A stretch of DNA of 64,000 bases from Minisyncoccota bacterium (GTDB taxonomy: Bacteria; Patescibacteriota; Minisyncoccia; Phycocordibacterales; UBA1550), in the NCBI GenBank assembly GCA_023229865.1, contig JALNYL010000007.1, positions 325 through 64,324 of the forward strand, in the 5' to 3' direction. The notes under the pieces were generated by a model. It did not search any database. It was not told where the DNA came from and saw only the letters and a list, made by a program, of their open reading frames with translations. Each line of letters opens with the position of its first letter. Positions within the stretch are counted from its first letter, which is position 1. Positions 1-9,439 of the stretch are shown here, piece by piece. Position numbers and translations under genes: made by a program.

Positions 1-620
1 ATGGTCGTGCGGGAGTAGATGTTGGCCGTGTGTTTGGTAGTTGGCAGGCAGATGAGTTGAAGAGTCACACTCACACCGCGTACGTAATGGCTCCTGGTGG
101 TTCGTATGCAGCTTATTCAAATATTGCAGGCCCTCAAACGGTCACCACTTCCGCAACGGGAGGATCCGAAACTCGCCCTCGCAACGTTGCGATGAACTAC
201 ATTATTAAGGCGGTAAACAACAGTGAAATGGTATTGGTTGGTGCAGGGGGCGGTGTTACGGGACTTACTGCAGGAACGGGAGTTACGCTTAACCCTGTTG
301 GTCCTGATGCAAAAGGGTTGGTGACCATAAGTGCGACACGAACAAGACTTACGGCAGGGGCAGGGATTACTCTTAGTCCGGCTGGCCCAAATGCGACCGG
401 GGATGTTACGATAAGCGCAACTGCATCTTCTGCTGGGGCCGTCACTGGTGGGTGTACTTTTGGTACGGGGTGGGGGACGGCAACAAATTGTGCACTAGGA
501 GCTGGGATGTCTTGCTCTGCGGGGAATACTGCCCGTGTCCTTGCTTATGCAGCAACAAATGGTGCTATGCAATGGAATGGTTCCGGGACGTATGCTCATG
601 GATTTTGTATAAGAAACTAA
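1..620 (+). CDS. Phage tail collar-domain protein with Gly/Thr-rich repeats and Cys-rich C-terminus. 5' partial: the frame is open to the window start
   Basis: The frame is open from position 1. The motif ...SETRPRNVAMNYIIKA resembles the C-terminal signature of the phage tail collar (microcystin-dependent protein) domain. It is followed by repeats GVTGLTAGTGVTLNPVGP / GAGITLSPAGP. Confidence 0.45.
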   Translation, partial: GRAGVDVGRVFGSWQADELKSHTHTAYVMAPGGSYAAYSNIAGPQTVTTSATGGSETRPRNVAMNYIIKAVNNSEMVLVGAGGGVTGLTAGTGVTLNPVGPDAKGLVTISATRTRLTAGAGITLSPAGPNATGDVTISATASSAGAVTGGCTFGTGWGTATNCALGAGMSCSAGNTARVLAYAATNGAMQWNGSGTYAHGFCIRN

Positions 621-718
621 GAAACAATTTATAGGATAATCACTGGTCTTACTGGTGTTAACCTAAGTCTAGGGGCTCAAACAAAAACACCACGATCAAC
701 TCGCGGTGTTTTTGTTTT

Positions 719-1762
719 TTATAGCAAACGAAGATTCGTGTCTTCGGGATAATCAAAACCTAAATGCTCATAGGCTCGTCTTGTTGCGAGGCGACCACGC
801 GGGGTGCGCTCGATGAGGCCGAGTTGGAGAAGGTAGGGCTCATTTACTTCTTCGAGGGTGGCCATTTCCTCAGAAAGTGCAGCAGCGATTGTGGAAAGCC
901 CAACGGGTCCACCTTTGTATTTCTCAATAATTACATCAAGGATTTTGCGATCAAGCGCATTAAGTCCGAGCTCGTCTATTTCAAGGAGAGCAAGAGCGTC
1001 AGCGACGTATTTTGGAGAGAGATCGCCTTTGTGCACCTGCGCAAAGTCGCGCGCGCGCTTTAAAAGGTAGTTTGCGGTGCGGGGAGTTGCGCGACTGCGG
1101 CGGGCAATCTCGCGTGCTGCGTCGTCGGAGAGTGTAATGCCGAGGATTTGCGCAGAACGCTTCACGATTTTCTCGATTTCCTCTTCCGTATAAAACTCCA
1201 AACGGAAAGTTCCACCCGAGAAACGCGAGCGAAGTGGTGACGAGATGAGTGCGACGCGCGTTGTCGCCGCAATCATAGTAAAAGGAGGAAGGTCGAGCTG
1301 GATGGTGCGTGCGCTTGGTCCTTTGCCGATAATAATATCGAGCACGCCTGACTCCATGGCAGGATAGAGGACTTCCTCAATCATTTTATTGAGACGATGA
1401 ATCTCGTCGATAAAGAGAACATCCCCAGGAGCCAAGTTGGTAAGGATAGATGCAAGATCACCAACCTTTTCAATGGCAGGACCCGAGGTGGACTTGACTT
1501 GACAGCCCATCTCATTTGCAATAAGATGTGCCAACGTCGTTTTTCCGAGACCAGGAGGTCCGTAAAAAAGGATGTGTTCAGGTGGATGCGCGCGCTCTTT
1601 TGCAGCCTGAAGAAGAATTTTTAGGTTCTGTTTGATGGTTTCTTGCCCGATGTATTCATCAAAACGACTCGGTCGAAGTGTTTGATCGAGGAAAGAAAAA
1701 TCTTGTGGATTTTCAAGGCCATTTTCAGATTCTTCAAGATTGTTTTGCTGGGGGCTTGACAT
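719..1762 (-). CDS. ruvB: Holliday junction branch-migration ATPase RuvB
   Basis: Walker [21 protein letters not shown] and a RuvB-type AAA+ fold with a C-terminal winged helix. Length 347 aa. Confidence 0.9.
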   Translation of the reverse strand: MSSPQQNNLEESENGLENPQDFSFLDQTLRPSRFDEYIGQETIKQNLKILLQAAKERAHPPEHILFYGPPGLGKTTLAHLIANEMGCQVKSTSGPAIEKVGDLASILTNLAPGDVLFIDEIHRLNKMIEEVLYPAMESGVLDIIIGKGPSARTIQLDLPPFTMIAATTRVALISSPLRSRFSGGTFRLEFYTEEEIEKIVKRSAQILGITLSDDAAREIARRSRATPRTANYLLKRARDFAQVHKGDLSPKYVADALALLEIDELGLNALDRKILDVIIEKYKGGPVGLSTIAAALSEEMATLEEVNEPYLLQLGLIERTPRGRLATRRAYEHLGFDYPEDTNLRLL

Positions 1763-2297
1763 AAAAATTGTTTTGTGCTAAGATATCCTCATCGATAGTT
1801 GAAACACTATCGAGTTCATTCAAAAGATCCTATACATAAGCCTCTCTTAGTTGGGTCCTTCGGGACTTACATGGTTGCGAACGAGGACGAGTTGGTACTT
1901 CGCTATATGCGACGACCACTGACTCCATCCTTAGATCGCTCCCTAACTCAGCATCCTTGTGGTGTTGAGAACTACCTGGGGTTTATGTGTGGGATTTTTT
2001 AATTCTTGTTTGGCTGGTGTATTTCTGCGTTGCTTCGTTCGTTTTTTCCCGCGTAGTATTACTTATACAACTTGGTCAAAAGCCTCACTTGCGCCTTGAA
2101 CTACACTCAGTCAAACAAGAATTAATATTTGGTTGTTTAACTAAGAGCTTCATTCAAATTGTATCGGGTTTGAGCTCAAAAAACAATCAGATAAAAAACG
2201 TTGACTCTCAGCCGCTTCTCTGGTAAGGTTTCGTTTGGAATAGAAATGGGATACTCGCCCCGAAATGCGAGTTTGTTTTTTACGAAAGGAAGTAAAG

Positions 2298-2699
2298 ATG
2301 GGAAAAGGAAGCAATGCTGGAAAGAAGAAAGTTTTGGTCTTGGGATTCCCTGTGGATCGTCAGGCGGAACTCGAATTCGCGCTCAGCGAAGAGCTCAAGG
2401 ACACCTGTAGCGTCGTGTTTACTGCAACCCCCGAAGAAGCCATAATGAAAGTTGCTGGCTCAGACGTGGTGGCTGCAAATGTCGACACCTGCGGAGACTT
2501 TTTCGAAAAGCTGTTCAGTCGTGGTTATGAGGGGCACGTCGTCCCGATGACCTCGCGCAGGGCTCAGATGACCAAGGCTGTTACTTCCACAGGAAGGAAG
2601 GCTGTGTACCCGACTACGTTCCGCGGCGCTGCTGATGAAATCATCACTGCGCTCTCGAAGGTGAACCCTCGTTCTTCTGAAGATCTGGCAATCGCATAA
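2298..2699 (+). CDS. Hypothetical small protein, possibly a degenerate CheY-like fold
   Basis: An ATG follows GGAAGTAAAG. No diagnostic motif. Higher GC than neighbours. Confidence 0.3.
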   Translation: MGKGSNAGKKKVLVLGFPVDRQAELEFALSEELKDTCSVVFTATPEEAIMKVAGSDVVAANVDTCGDFFEKLFSRGYEGHVVPMTSRRAQMTKAVTSTGRKAVYPTTFRGAADEIITALSKVNPRSSEDLAIA

Positions 2700-2732
2700 A
2701 AGCGGAAGCACCCAGTTGCTGCCAAAAGAAAA

Positions 2733-2763
2733 GCCCGATGTCGCGAAGCGACATCGGGCTTTA
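2733..2763. terminator. Bidirectional hairpin terminator between the 2298 gene and pilB
   Basis: AAAGCCCGATGTCGCGAAGCGACATCGGGCTTT with T-runs on both sides. Confidence 0.55.
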
Positions 2764-2770
2764 TGTTTTT

Positions 2771-4450
2771 TTACCCCTCTCTCTCGAGATCGACCACGCG
2801 CTCGACTTCATCAAACGCAGTTGCTCCTGCAAGAATTTTTTCAATACCATCTTCGCGCATCGTGAGAATACCCTGCTTTGCGGCGATGAGACGAATCTCG
2901 CGCTCAGAAGGAACAGTATCAAGAAGTTCCTCAATCTCTGCATTCATAAGTACTGCCTCAAAGACACCGACGCGACCGCGATATCCAGTGTTGTTACATT
3001 TATCACAACCGACAGCGCGCCATACTTTTTTTGTCTGCACATCCTCACCAACTTTTTGTTTGATGAGCACAGCAACCTCGTCGATGATTTTTTGTTCACG
3101 CTCATTGGGTACGTCTTCCTTTTTACATTCGAGACAAAGTTTGCGCGCGAGACGCTGCGCGAGGGCTACGGTAAGTGATGAGCCAATAATTTTTGGGGTG
3201 ACACCGAGATCGATGAGGCGGGGGATTGCACCTGCGGCGGTGTTGGTGTGAAGCGTTGAGAACACCATGTGTCCTGTGAGAGCGGCGTTGATAGCCACCT
3301 TCGCTGTTTCGCCATCGCGGATTTCACCGATCATAATAACGTCAGGGTCCTGACGCATTGCAGCACGAAGTCCTTCGAGAAAGGTGTACCCTTTTCCTGC
3401 TTCAACCTGTGTCTGTGAAATTCCCTTCAAATGATATTCGATAGGGTCTTCAATGGTCATCATCTTGATTTCAGATGAGTAGATTCGCTTAAGAAACGAA
3501 TACAACGTTGTCGTCTTACCAGACCCCGTAGGACCAGTGTTCAAAATCATTCCGTGAGGCTTCTTGATCTCACGATCGATAATAGCGAGAAGACGTGGAG
3601 ACATACCAAGATCCTCGAGGGTAACATTGAGAGAAAGCGGGTTCAAAATACGCATCACCACTCCTTCGCCATACGAACCAGGAATTACCGACACGCGCAT
3701 TTCAATCTCTACGTCTGCGATTTTAATACTAAAACGTCCATCCTGGCTTTCGGTACCTACGTTGAGTTTGAGCCCCGCGAGGAGTTTGAGACGAGAACTA
3801 AAGAGGCGATAGATCTCAGAAGGAAGTGTCGCTACTTCGTGGAGGACGCCGTCGACGCGATAGCGGATATGCACCGAGTCTTCTGCTGGTTCGATGTGAA
3901 TATCAGAAGCGTGGATACCAATCGCTCCTGCCATGATCACATTAAAAATATTTGAAATATGACGCGCTGTTTTTTCAGTTACCGTCGCTTGAAGAGCTTT
4001 TGATACATCAGAGAGGGAAGTAAATCTTTTAATAAGACCCTCCATATTGTCTCCAGAAATGTCGACCATCCCCGCCTCACTTTTTGTGGCGCCAGAAATT
4101 TCGCGATAACGTTCCCATACTGTCTCGAGGCTTGCGTGAGAGACGAGGTACTGCTCAATCTTGTATCCGCGCTCTGCAAGAGAAGCGAGAATTTCTTTTG
4201 TATTACTTTGTGTTGGTGAAAAAAGTCCAACCTTCAGTTTTTTATTTGCGATTTCAAAAGGAGCGATAAGAGCAGCGCGCGCAGCATCTTCTTTGATGAG
4301 GCCAACTGCAGAGGTGTCCACAGGGACCCCTGTCAAATCAGCGTAGGGGATACCGTGCTTGCTCGCCATAACCTGCAAAAACTCCTCCTCTTCTTTTTGG
4401 TGGAGCTTCGCGAGTTGTTCGTCTCGAGTGTTTTCGTCAAAGCGCAACAT
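2771..4450 (-). CDS. pilB: Type IV pilus assembly ATPase PilB (GspE family)
   Basis: Walker A LNTGPTGSGKTTTLYS. N-terminal T2SSE_N domain (MLRFDENTRDEQ...). True start ATG at 4450; the tracked 771-aa ORF carries a spurious N-terminal extension. Confidence 0.88.
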   Translation of the reverse strand: MLRFDENTRDEQLAKLHQKEEEEFLQVMASKHGIPYADLTGVPVDTSAVGLIKEDAARAALIAPFEIANKKLKVGLFSPTQSNTKEILASLAERGYKIEQYLVSHASLETVWERYREISGATKSEAGMVDISGDNMEGLIKRFTSLSDVSKALQATVTEKTARHISNIFNVIMAGAIGIHASDIHIEPAEDSVHIRYRVDGVLHEVATLPSEIYRLFSSRLKLLAGLKLNVGTESQDGRFSIKIADVEIEMRVSVIPGSYGEGVVMRILNPLSLNVTLEDLGMSPRLLAIIDREIKKPHGMILNTGPTGSGKTTTLYSFLKRIYSSEIKMMTIEDPIEYHLKGISQTQVEAGKGYTFLEGLRAAMRQDPDVIMIGEIRDGETAKVAINAALTGHMVFSTLHTNTAAGAIPRLIDLGVTPKIIGSSLTVALAQRLARKLCLECKKEDVPNEREQKIIDEVAVLIKQKVGEDVQTKKVWRAVGCDKCNNTGYRGRVGVFEAVLMNAEIEELLDTVPSEREIRLIAAKQGILTMREDGIEKILAGATAFDEVERVVDLEREG

Positions 4451-4491
4451 AATGTCCCTATAGTATAAGGGTTTTCCGCCCCAATCGCTAC

Positions 4492-4519
4492 TTGACAAAA
4501 GCATTAGAATATGTATAAT
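4492..4519 (+). promoter_or_regulatory. Near-consensus sigma70 promoter for the 4580 lipoprotein gene
   Basis: TTGACA, 16-nt spacer, TATAAT. Confidence 0.5.
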
Positions 4520-4579
4520 ATACCCCAGAAGGATTCGCACTTGGCGAATGTGTAAATTTAAAAAAGAAAGGAAACGATC

Positions 4580-5218
4580 ATGAAGAAATTCATGTGGTTG
4601 CTGGTGGGTCTCGTAATCCTCTCGGGTTGCGCAAGTCCCAATTCTCGCACGAAAAATCCGCATGCCGAAAACGCCCTCGTTTGGGGCGCGACAGCTGCTG
4701 GGGCTACTGCTGGCTATCGCTATGCAGGCCCTGTCGGTGGTGTCGTCGGTGGTGTGTTTACCATGTTGGGGATGAAGGCTGTTCTCTGGGAGCCTCCCGC
4801 GGAGCCTGAAGCGCGATACGTCGTCGTTTCTGGCGATGGGCAGACTCGTGGCGGTGGTTCGCAATCGTACGTGGTTAACTGGAAAAGACCCGGTGGCCAA
4901 AAGGCTGCAAAAAAAGACCCTCGCCTGACGGTTGAAAATTATCAAACCGTGGACGAGAATGGTCTCGGTGCTGTCCCTGAAGATTGCCGCACAGGCAACT
5001 GGGGGATGGATAGCAGTTGCCTCCGCAAGTGGTCGGCAAAGCTCGACACCTATCAAGCTCGTTGCGTGAAAGAAAGCCGGATCCATGATTCCGACTGTCT
5101 CAAGCGCCCTGGCATTCTTGCAGGGGAGTACTCCATTCTTGCTGACAAGCTCGAAAAGTACGAAAAAGGGGCACGCGCTGGTGTGACGTACGACAGGCTC
5201 ACCGGCCTTTCCCGGTAG
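4580..5218 (+). CDS. Lipoprotein, hypothetical
   Basis: Signal peptide with lipobox LILSGC. RBS AAAGGAAA. Confidence 0.5.
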   Translation: MKKFMWLLVGLVILSGCASPNSRTKNPHAENALVWGATAAGATAGYRYAGPVGGVVGGVFTMLGMKAVLWEPPAEPEARYVVVSGDGQTRGGGSQSYVVNWKRPGGQKAAKKDPRLTVENYQTVDENGLGAVPEDCRTGNWGMDSSCLRKWSAKLDTYQARCVKESRIHDSDCLKRPGILAGEYSILADKLEKYEKGARAGVTYDRLTGLSR

Positions 5219-5240
5219 CGGAAGTCTTTTCCGCGCAAAA

Positions 5241-5272
5241 CAAAGCCCAGGGGCAACCCTGGGCTTTTCTTT
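5241..5272 (+). terminator. Intrinsic terminator
   Basis: AAAGCCCAGGGGCAACCCTGGGCTTTTCTTTT. Confidence 0.6.
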
Positions 5273-5279
5273 TTACCTC

Positions 5280-5307
5280 TTGACAATTTTACATAATGTG
5301 CTATACT
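5280..5307 (+). promoter_or_regulatory. Sigma70-like promoter immediately upstream of the 5316 start; the transcript may be leaderless
   Basis: TTGACA, 16 nt, TATACT. The ATG lies 8 nt downstream of the -10 element. Confidence 0.4.
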
Positions 5308-5315
5308 TTCCACAT

Positions 5316-6023
5316 ATGAATATCATTATTTTTCAAGCATTTCGTGCGACAGTGGTTCTTGGAATTGCGATCTTTGCGTTCGCGAGCGATGCTCTTGCAG
5401 CACCGGTTCTTACTCCTGCGACTGCAACACGTGTTACGGAGAATAGTGCAACTATTATTGGGCACGTTTCAAATCCTCAAAAGAACTCAACAGTTTGGTT
5501 TGAACTTTTTAACAAGTCAGGTGCGGTGACCGCTGTTGCCGTGCAGGGCATCTGGAACGACGGAACCTTTGAGTGGAATCTCCGTGATTTGAATCAGGGG
5601 GAAACTTACTCTTTTCGTTCTGCTGCGATGGAAGGCGGAGTAACGGTATATTCTCCAACCTCTTCATTTACCACCGTTGTCCCTAAGGTTGCGGTCCCGG
5701 TAACGACAACCACAAGTCCTTCTGGTGTTTCAACACCAACCTCTGCAACAAAGACAACAAAAGCAGTGGAAACTACAACAGTAGAAAAGAAGGCAACAGC
5801 AACCCCCGTAGTAACGAGTGAAGGTTTTACGAACAACAACTCTGCTGCAATCATTGGAGCAGGAAGTGGTTTGTTCCCCACGACACTCATTGGATGGATT
5901 ATTCTCATCATTGCAATTCTTGCAGTGGTCCTCCTTGGACAGATGGTAAACGAGTCTATTGAAAAGCGCAAAAAGATTGCTGAAGAAAAAAAGAAAGAAG
6001 AAGCAGGCGAAGATATCGAGTAA
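5316..6023 (+). CDS. Secreted/cell-surface protein with an Fn3-like domain, Thr/Pro linker, C-terminal TM helix and KKEE tail
   Basis: Signal peptide MNIIIFQAFRATVVLGIAIFAFASDALA. A WFE..YSF beta-sandwich pattern like the 7028 protein. C-terminal motif GSGLFPTTLIGW followed by a hydrophobic helix. Confidence 0.5.
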   Translation: MNIIIFQAFRATVVLGIAIFAFASDALAAPVLTPATATRVTENSATIIGHVSNPQKNSTVWFELFNKSGAVTAVAVQGIWNDGTFEWNLRDLNQGETYSFRSAAMEGGVTVYSPTSSFTTVVPKVAVPVTTTTSPSGVSTPTSATKTTKAVETTTVEKKATATPVVTSEGFTNNNSAAIIGAGSGLFPTTLIGWIILIIAILAVVLLGQMVNESIEKRKKIAEEKKKEEAGEDIE

Positions 6024-6087
6024 AAATTAAAAATTTTTTTGCAAAATTGAAGATAAAAGCAACCCCTCATCGGATAGCGGTGGGGGG

Positions 6088-6115
6088 TTGACTTTTTTAT
6101 TAAATATGCTACAAT
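6088..6115 (+). promoter_or_regulatory. Sigma70-like promoter, followed by a leader hairpin
   Basis: TTGACT, 16 nt, TACAAT. Then GGTGACAAgtgttttTTGTCACC plus a T-run at 6124-6150, ahead of RBS GGAGG. Confidence 0.4.
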
Positions 6116-6176
6116 GGTGCGAGGTGGTGACAAGTGTTTTTTGTCACCTTTGAACATTTAAATGTGGAGGTGTGAG

Positions 6177-6878
6177 ATGGCTGAAAACCAGCAAGGGAAA
6201 CCCAAGGGCTTCCCCGTGTTCCGTTGGCTGACAATCCTCCTGATTTTCCTCGTTGTGTCCGGAATCGGACTGTACGAGGTCTATCGGGCCAAGCAAAACG
6301 CAGTGCCTGTGGCTGCTCCTCGGGACACAATCCCGAACGCGGCAAAGACTCTGTGCGATTGCGCAAAGGATAAGTCGAAGCCGGCAGTAAGGAATACCCA
6401 AGGAAGAAGGAAGGCGGATACGAAGCAGGTGACTGCTCCTCCTCCGCCTGTTCCTAAAGCGGCTCCTGTTGCTTCGGCTCCGCCGCCCGCGCAAAAAGCT
6501 CCCGAACAACAAAAGGAACTTCTCGCGGGGGTCAATCCTGACTTCAATCGGACGAAGTTTGTTCCGAACGAAGAACCCAAGGAAGTCGTGGTGGTCGAGA
6601 AGAGGGTCGTTGATATCGAACCCCCTCATCATCATGGCCCCTGCAGGACTGGCTATCACGACTGTTGGACGGGCACGGGGTATTCCGGGGGTTCGTACTG
6701 GGGACCGTCGTATGTTTACAATGGTCCTTATGGCGCAGATAATCAACGGATCGTCGGCGGGCAAGTCTATCCGCCCGCTCCCGTGAATCCGCCCGCCGGT
6801 TCTCCTCCCACTGGATACACCGGTGGTGGACCTGCTAATCCTGGCGGGACTCCTCCCGCGGGGAACACTGGCGGTTAA
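6177..6878 (+). CDS. Membrane-anchored Pro/Gly-rich low-complexity protein
   Basis: GGAGG RBS. One N-terminal TM helix. PPPPVPKAAPVASAPPPAQKAP and a C-terminal GGTPPAGNTGG stretch. GC-rich. Confidence 0.4.
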   Translation: MAENQQGKPKGFPVFRWLTILLIFLVVSGIGLYEVYRAKQNAVPVAAPRDTIPNAAKTLCDCAKDKSKPAVRNTQGRRKADTKQVTAPPPPVPKAAPVASAPPPAQKAPEQQKELLAGVNPDFNRTKFVPNEEPKEVVVVEKRVVDIEPPHHHGPCRTGYHDCWTGTGYSGGSYWGPSYVYNGPYGADNQRIVGGQVYPPAPVNPPAGSPPTGYTGGGPANPGGTPPAGNTGG

Positions 6879-7027
6879 AAGCCACCTCAAACACAGGAGG
6901 GAAGTAAAATCCCCCTCCTGTATTTTTTAAAGTCATACAAGGGCATGTTACCGCTTTTATGGTTTTAAAAAGTAGACTGCAAAGTCACTTTGAATAGTAA
7001 GGTTTATGTTTAAAAATATTAAAAAAT

Positions 7028-8896
7028 ATGAAAAACAAAATTAAAATGTTGGGCGTTGGTATGATTGCTCTCGTTGGGCTTTTTGTTGGTGCAAACATTG
7101 CATCTGCACAGACAGCTCCTGTGACTACTTGTACCACTGCGACGATTTATGGCACCCTCACCAGTACTGGCGGGGCTGTTACCAGTGTTTGGTTTGAGTG
7201 GGGTCCTACACAGACTCTCGGGTACACTACGGCTTCACAGTCTCTTAGCGCACCTCAGACTTTTAGTCAGTATCTCTCGGGGCTTACTCAGAATACGACA
7301 TATTATTATCGTGCCGTGTTTGCAAACGCATACGGAAGCACACAGGGAAGCGTTCTTTCTTTTGTGACTCCTTCATGTCAGGCAAATAACGTTACGCCAA
7401 CCGTAACCACAAACAATGCAAATGTTAATTCTCAGACATCTGCAACATTGAACGGTTTTGTAAACGCAAACGGTTCAAATGGTACTGCGTGGTTTGAGTA
7501 CGGTACAACACAGTCTTTTGGTCAGCAGACCTCAAGCGTAACGTACGGCAATACCTCAATGAGCTTCACGGGCTCAGCGTATGGTCTCGCTCAAAACACA
7601 ACGTACTACTATCGCGCAGTTGCGCAGAGTGCACAGGGTGGAGCGTTTGCATACGGAAGCACGCTTTCGTTTACAACGATGGGAAACAATAATAATGGAA
7701 ACATTGTTTCTGTAAGCACCCGCAATGCGGATGTTTCAGGAAGCTATGCATCACTCAATGGTTATGTAGATCCAAACTACTCGAGCGATACTGTTCGTTG
7801 GTTTGAATACGGGACTACTCAGTCACTTGGATACACAACCACAATGCTTTCTCATGGAACTGTTGCGTCTATTTTTAGCGCACCAATTACAAACCTTACT
7901 TCAAACACAACTTACTACTACCGCGCTGTAGCGCGTAACTCACAGGGAACCGTATACGGAAGCACCCTCTCATTCACTACCTCATACCAGCCAGGATATA
8001 CATCAGGAGTTGCTCCTGCAGTAACAACCCTCCTTGCAACAGAGACAACAGCATCGACAGCACGTTTGAACGGACTCGTCTTTGCTTCAAATGGTCAGTC
8101 TTCAAACGCATGGTTTGAGTGGGGTTCAAATTCAAGTTTGGGCAACAAGACACAGACATCTGGTGTCGGCGCGCTTCCAACCGTGAAGCACTCAGACTAT
8201 ATCAGTGGTTTGACAGCAGGGCAGACATATTACTATCGTATTGTTGCTGAAAACTCATACGGCAAGGAATACGGCACCGTGAACACATTTGTCGCAGAGG
8301 CAAGTACGTATGTTGCTCCCGTAACACCAACACCTATTGTGTACAAGCCAGTGACTACGGTGGTCACAAGTGGTGGCACAACACAGTCATTGGTAATGCT
8401 CACTATCGAAGGTGGAGCAGAAATGATTATGAGCGGCGAGAAGCGCACCTACCGTGTAACTTGGAAGAACACAAGCGCACAGGCTCTCAGCAATGTAGTA
8501 CTCCGTGTGACATTCCCAAAGACAATGAATGTTGAAAGCGCAACAAAGGGAACATTCTCAAGCGCAGACAACTCAGTTGTTGTTGATTTGAAAACTCTTG
8601 CAGCGGGCGAAAGCGGAGATACCTTCATCTTTGCTACTGCGGGTCGCGGACTTAAATCAGGAGACCTCTTGGTTGTCCCAGCAAACATGGTCTACACCAA
8701 TAAGAGTGGTGTACAAGGAGACGCTCTTGCGTACGTAACGCATCGCGCAGAGGTAGCACAAAATGCCTTCGGTGCGAGCGTGTTTGGGGCAGGAAGCTTC
8801 ACCCCAACAACCCTTCTTGGGTGGGTGAGCCTCCTCGGACTCGTGCTCGTCCTCGTGCTTTTGGGGAACCATTTGTACGGACGTTTTACGGACTAA
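7028..8896 (+). CDS. Large cell-surface protein with about five tandem Fn3-like repeats, a DUF11-like domain and a C-terminal TM anchor
   Basis: Signal peptide. Repeated WFEYGTTQS...NTTYYYRAV units. C-terminus GAGSFTPTTLLGW plus a hydrophobic helix. Confidence 0.55.
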   Translation: MKNKIKMLGVGMIALVGLFVGANIASAQTAPVTTCTTATIYGTLTSTGGAVTSVWFEWGPTQTLGYTTASQSLSAPQTFSQYLSGLTQNTTYYYRAVFANAYGSTQGSVLSFVTPSCQANNVTPTVTTNNANVNSQTSATLNGFVNANGSNGTAWFEYGTTQSFGQQTSSVTYGNTSMSFTGSAYGLAQNTTYYYRAVAQSAQGGAFAYGSTLSFTTMGNNNNGNIVSVSTRNADVSGSYASLNGYVDPNYSSDTVRWFEYGTTQSLGYTTTMLSHGTVASIFSAPITNLTSNTTYYYRAVARNSQGTVYGSTLSFTTSYQPGYTSGVAPAVTTLLATETTASTARLNGLVFASNGQSSNAWFEWGSNSSLGNKTQTSGVGALPTVKHSDYISGLTAGQTYYYRIVAENSYGKEYGTVNTFVAEASTYVAPVTPTPIVYKPVTTVVTSGGTTQSLVMLTIEGGAEMIMSGEKRTYRVTWKNTSAQALSNVVLRVTFPKTMNVESATKGTFSSADNSVVVDLKTLAAGESGDTFIFATAGRGLKSGDLLVVPANMVYTNKSGVQGDALAYVTHRAEVAQNAFGASVFGAGSFTPTTLLGWVSLLGLVLVLVLLGNHLYGRFTD

Positions 8897-8912
8897 GGGC
8901 CAAAACAGAGAA

Positions 8913-8944
8913 AAAGGCGGGCGCCGCAAGGCGCCCGCCTTTTT
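8913..8944 (+). terminator. Intrinsic terminator
   Basis: AAAAAGGCGGGCGCCGCAAGGCGCCCGCCTTTTT. Confidence 0.6.
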
Positions 8945-8977
8945 CTCTGTTTCGGCCCAAAGTGGTAAGATAGGGGA

Positions 8978-9436
8978 GTGAAAAAAGAAGTTAAAAATCT
9001 TGAGGAATTGCAGGCGGCCGCGGGGGCATTTTTGAAAAATCTCTCAAAATTACCACAGAAAAATAGCGCTACGGTTGTGGGGCTCTCGGGCGATCTCGGG
9101 GCGGGGAAGACGGCGTTTACGAAGTGCGTCGCGTCACTCTTGGGAATTACCGAGACGGTCACGAGTCCGACATTCATTCTCGAAAAGATTTATGATATTT
9201 CGTCGCCAATTTTTGGTGAGCGTTTTACAAAACTTGTGCACATTGATGCGTATCGTCTCGAAGGGGGAGATGAGATGGCAGCACTTGGCTGGGAGGCATT
9301 GCTTGCCGATAGCCATAATCTCATTTTAATAGAATGGCCTGAGCAAGTAGAGAGCGCGCTTCCTAAAGATATTATTCGCCTCTCGTTCAAATATATAGAT
9401 GAAGGAATTCGCAGCGTGGAGGGGGAACTAATTTAA
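8978..9436 (+). CDS. tsaE: tRNA t6A37 biosynthesis ATPase TsaE (YjeE)
   Basis: P-loop VVGLSGDLGAGKTAFTK and a YjeE-like length. GTG start. Confidence 0.75.
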   Translation: MKKEVKNLEELQAAAGAFLKNLSKLPQKNSATVVGLSGDLGAGKTAFTKCVASLLGITETVTSPTFILEKIYDISSPIFGERFTKLVHIDAYRLEGGDEMAALGWEALLADSHNLILIEWPEQVESALPKDIIRLSFKYIDEGIRSVEGELI

Positions 9437-9439
9437 ATT

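Noticed and set aside
1799-2226. Small ORFs 1799-2002 and 1987-2226 as genes
   Set aside because: No RBS, odd composition. The region is better explained as divergent promoter or leader/sRNA space.
4451-5086. 771-aa version of the PilB ORF with a 212-aa N-terminal extension
   Set aside because: The extension is low-complexity and overlaps the strong consensus promoter and start of the divergent lipoprotein gene. The T2SSE_N domain begins at the internal ATG at 4450.
6144-6890. 248-aa antisense ORF opposite the Pro-rich gene
   Set aside because: Arg/Ser-rich translation typical of antisense of a GC-rich gene. Promoter, RBS and TM-helix logic support the plus strand.
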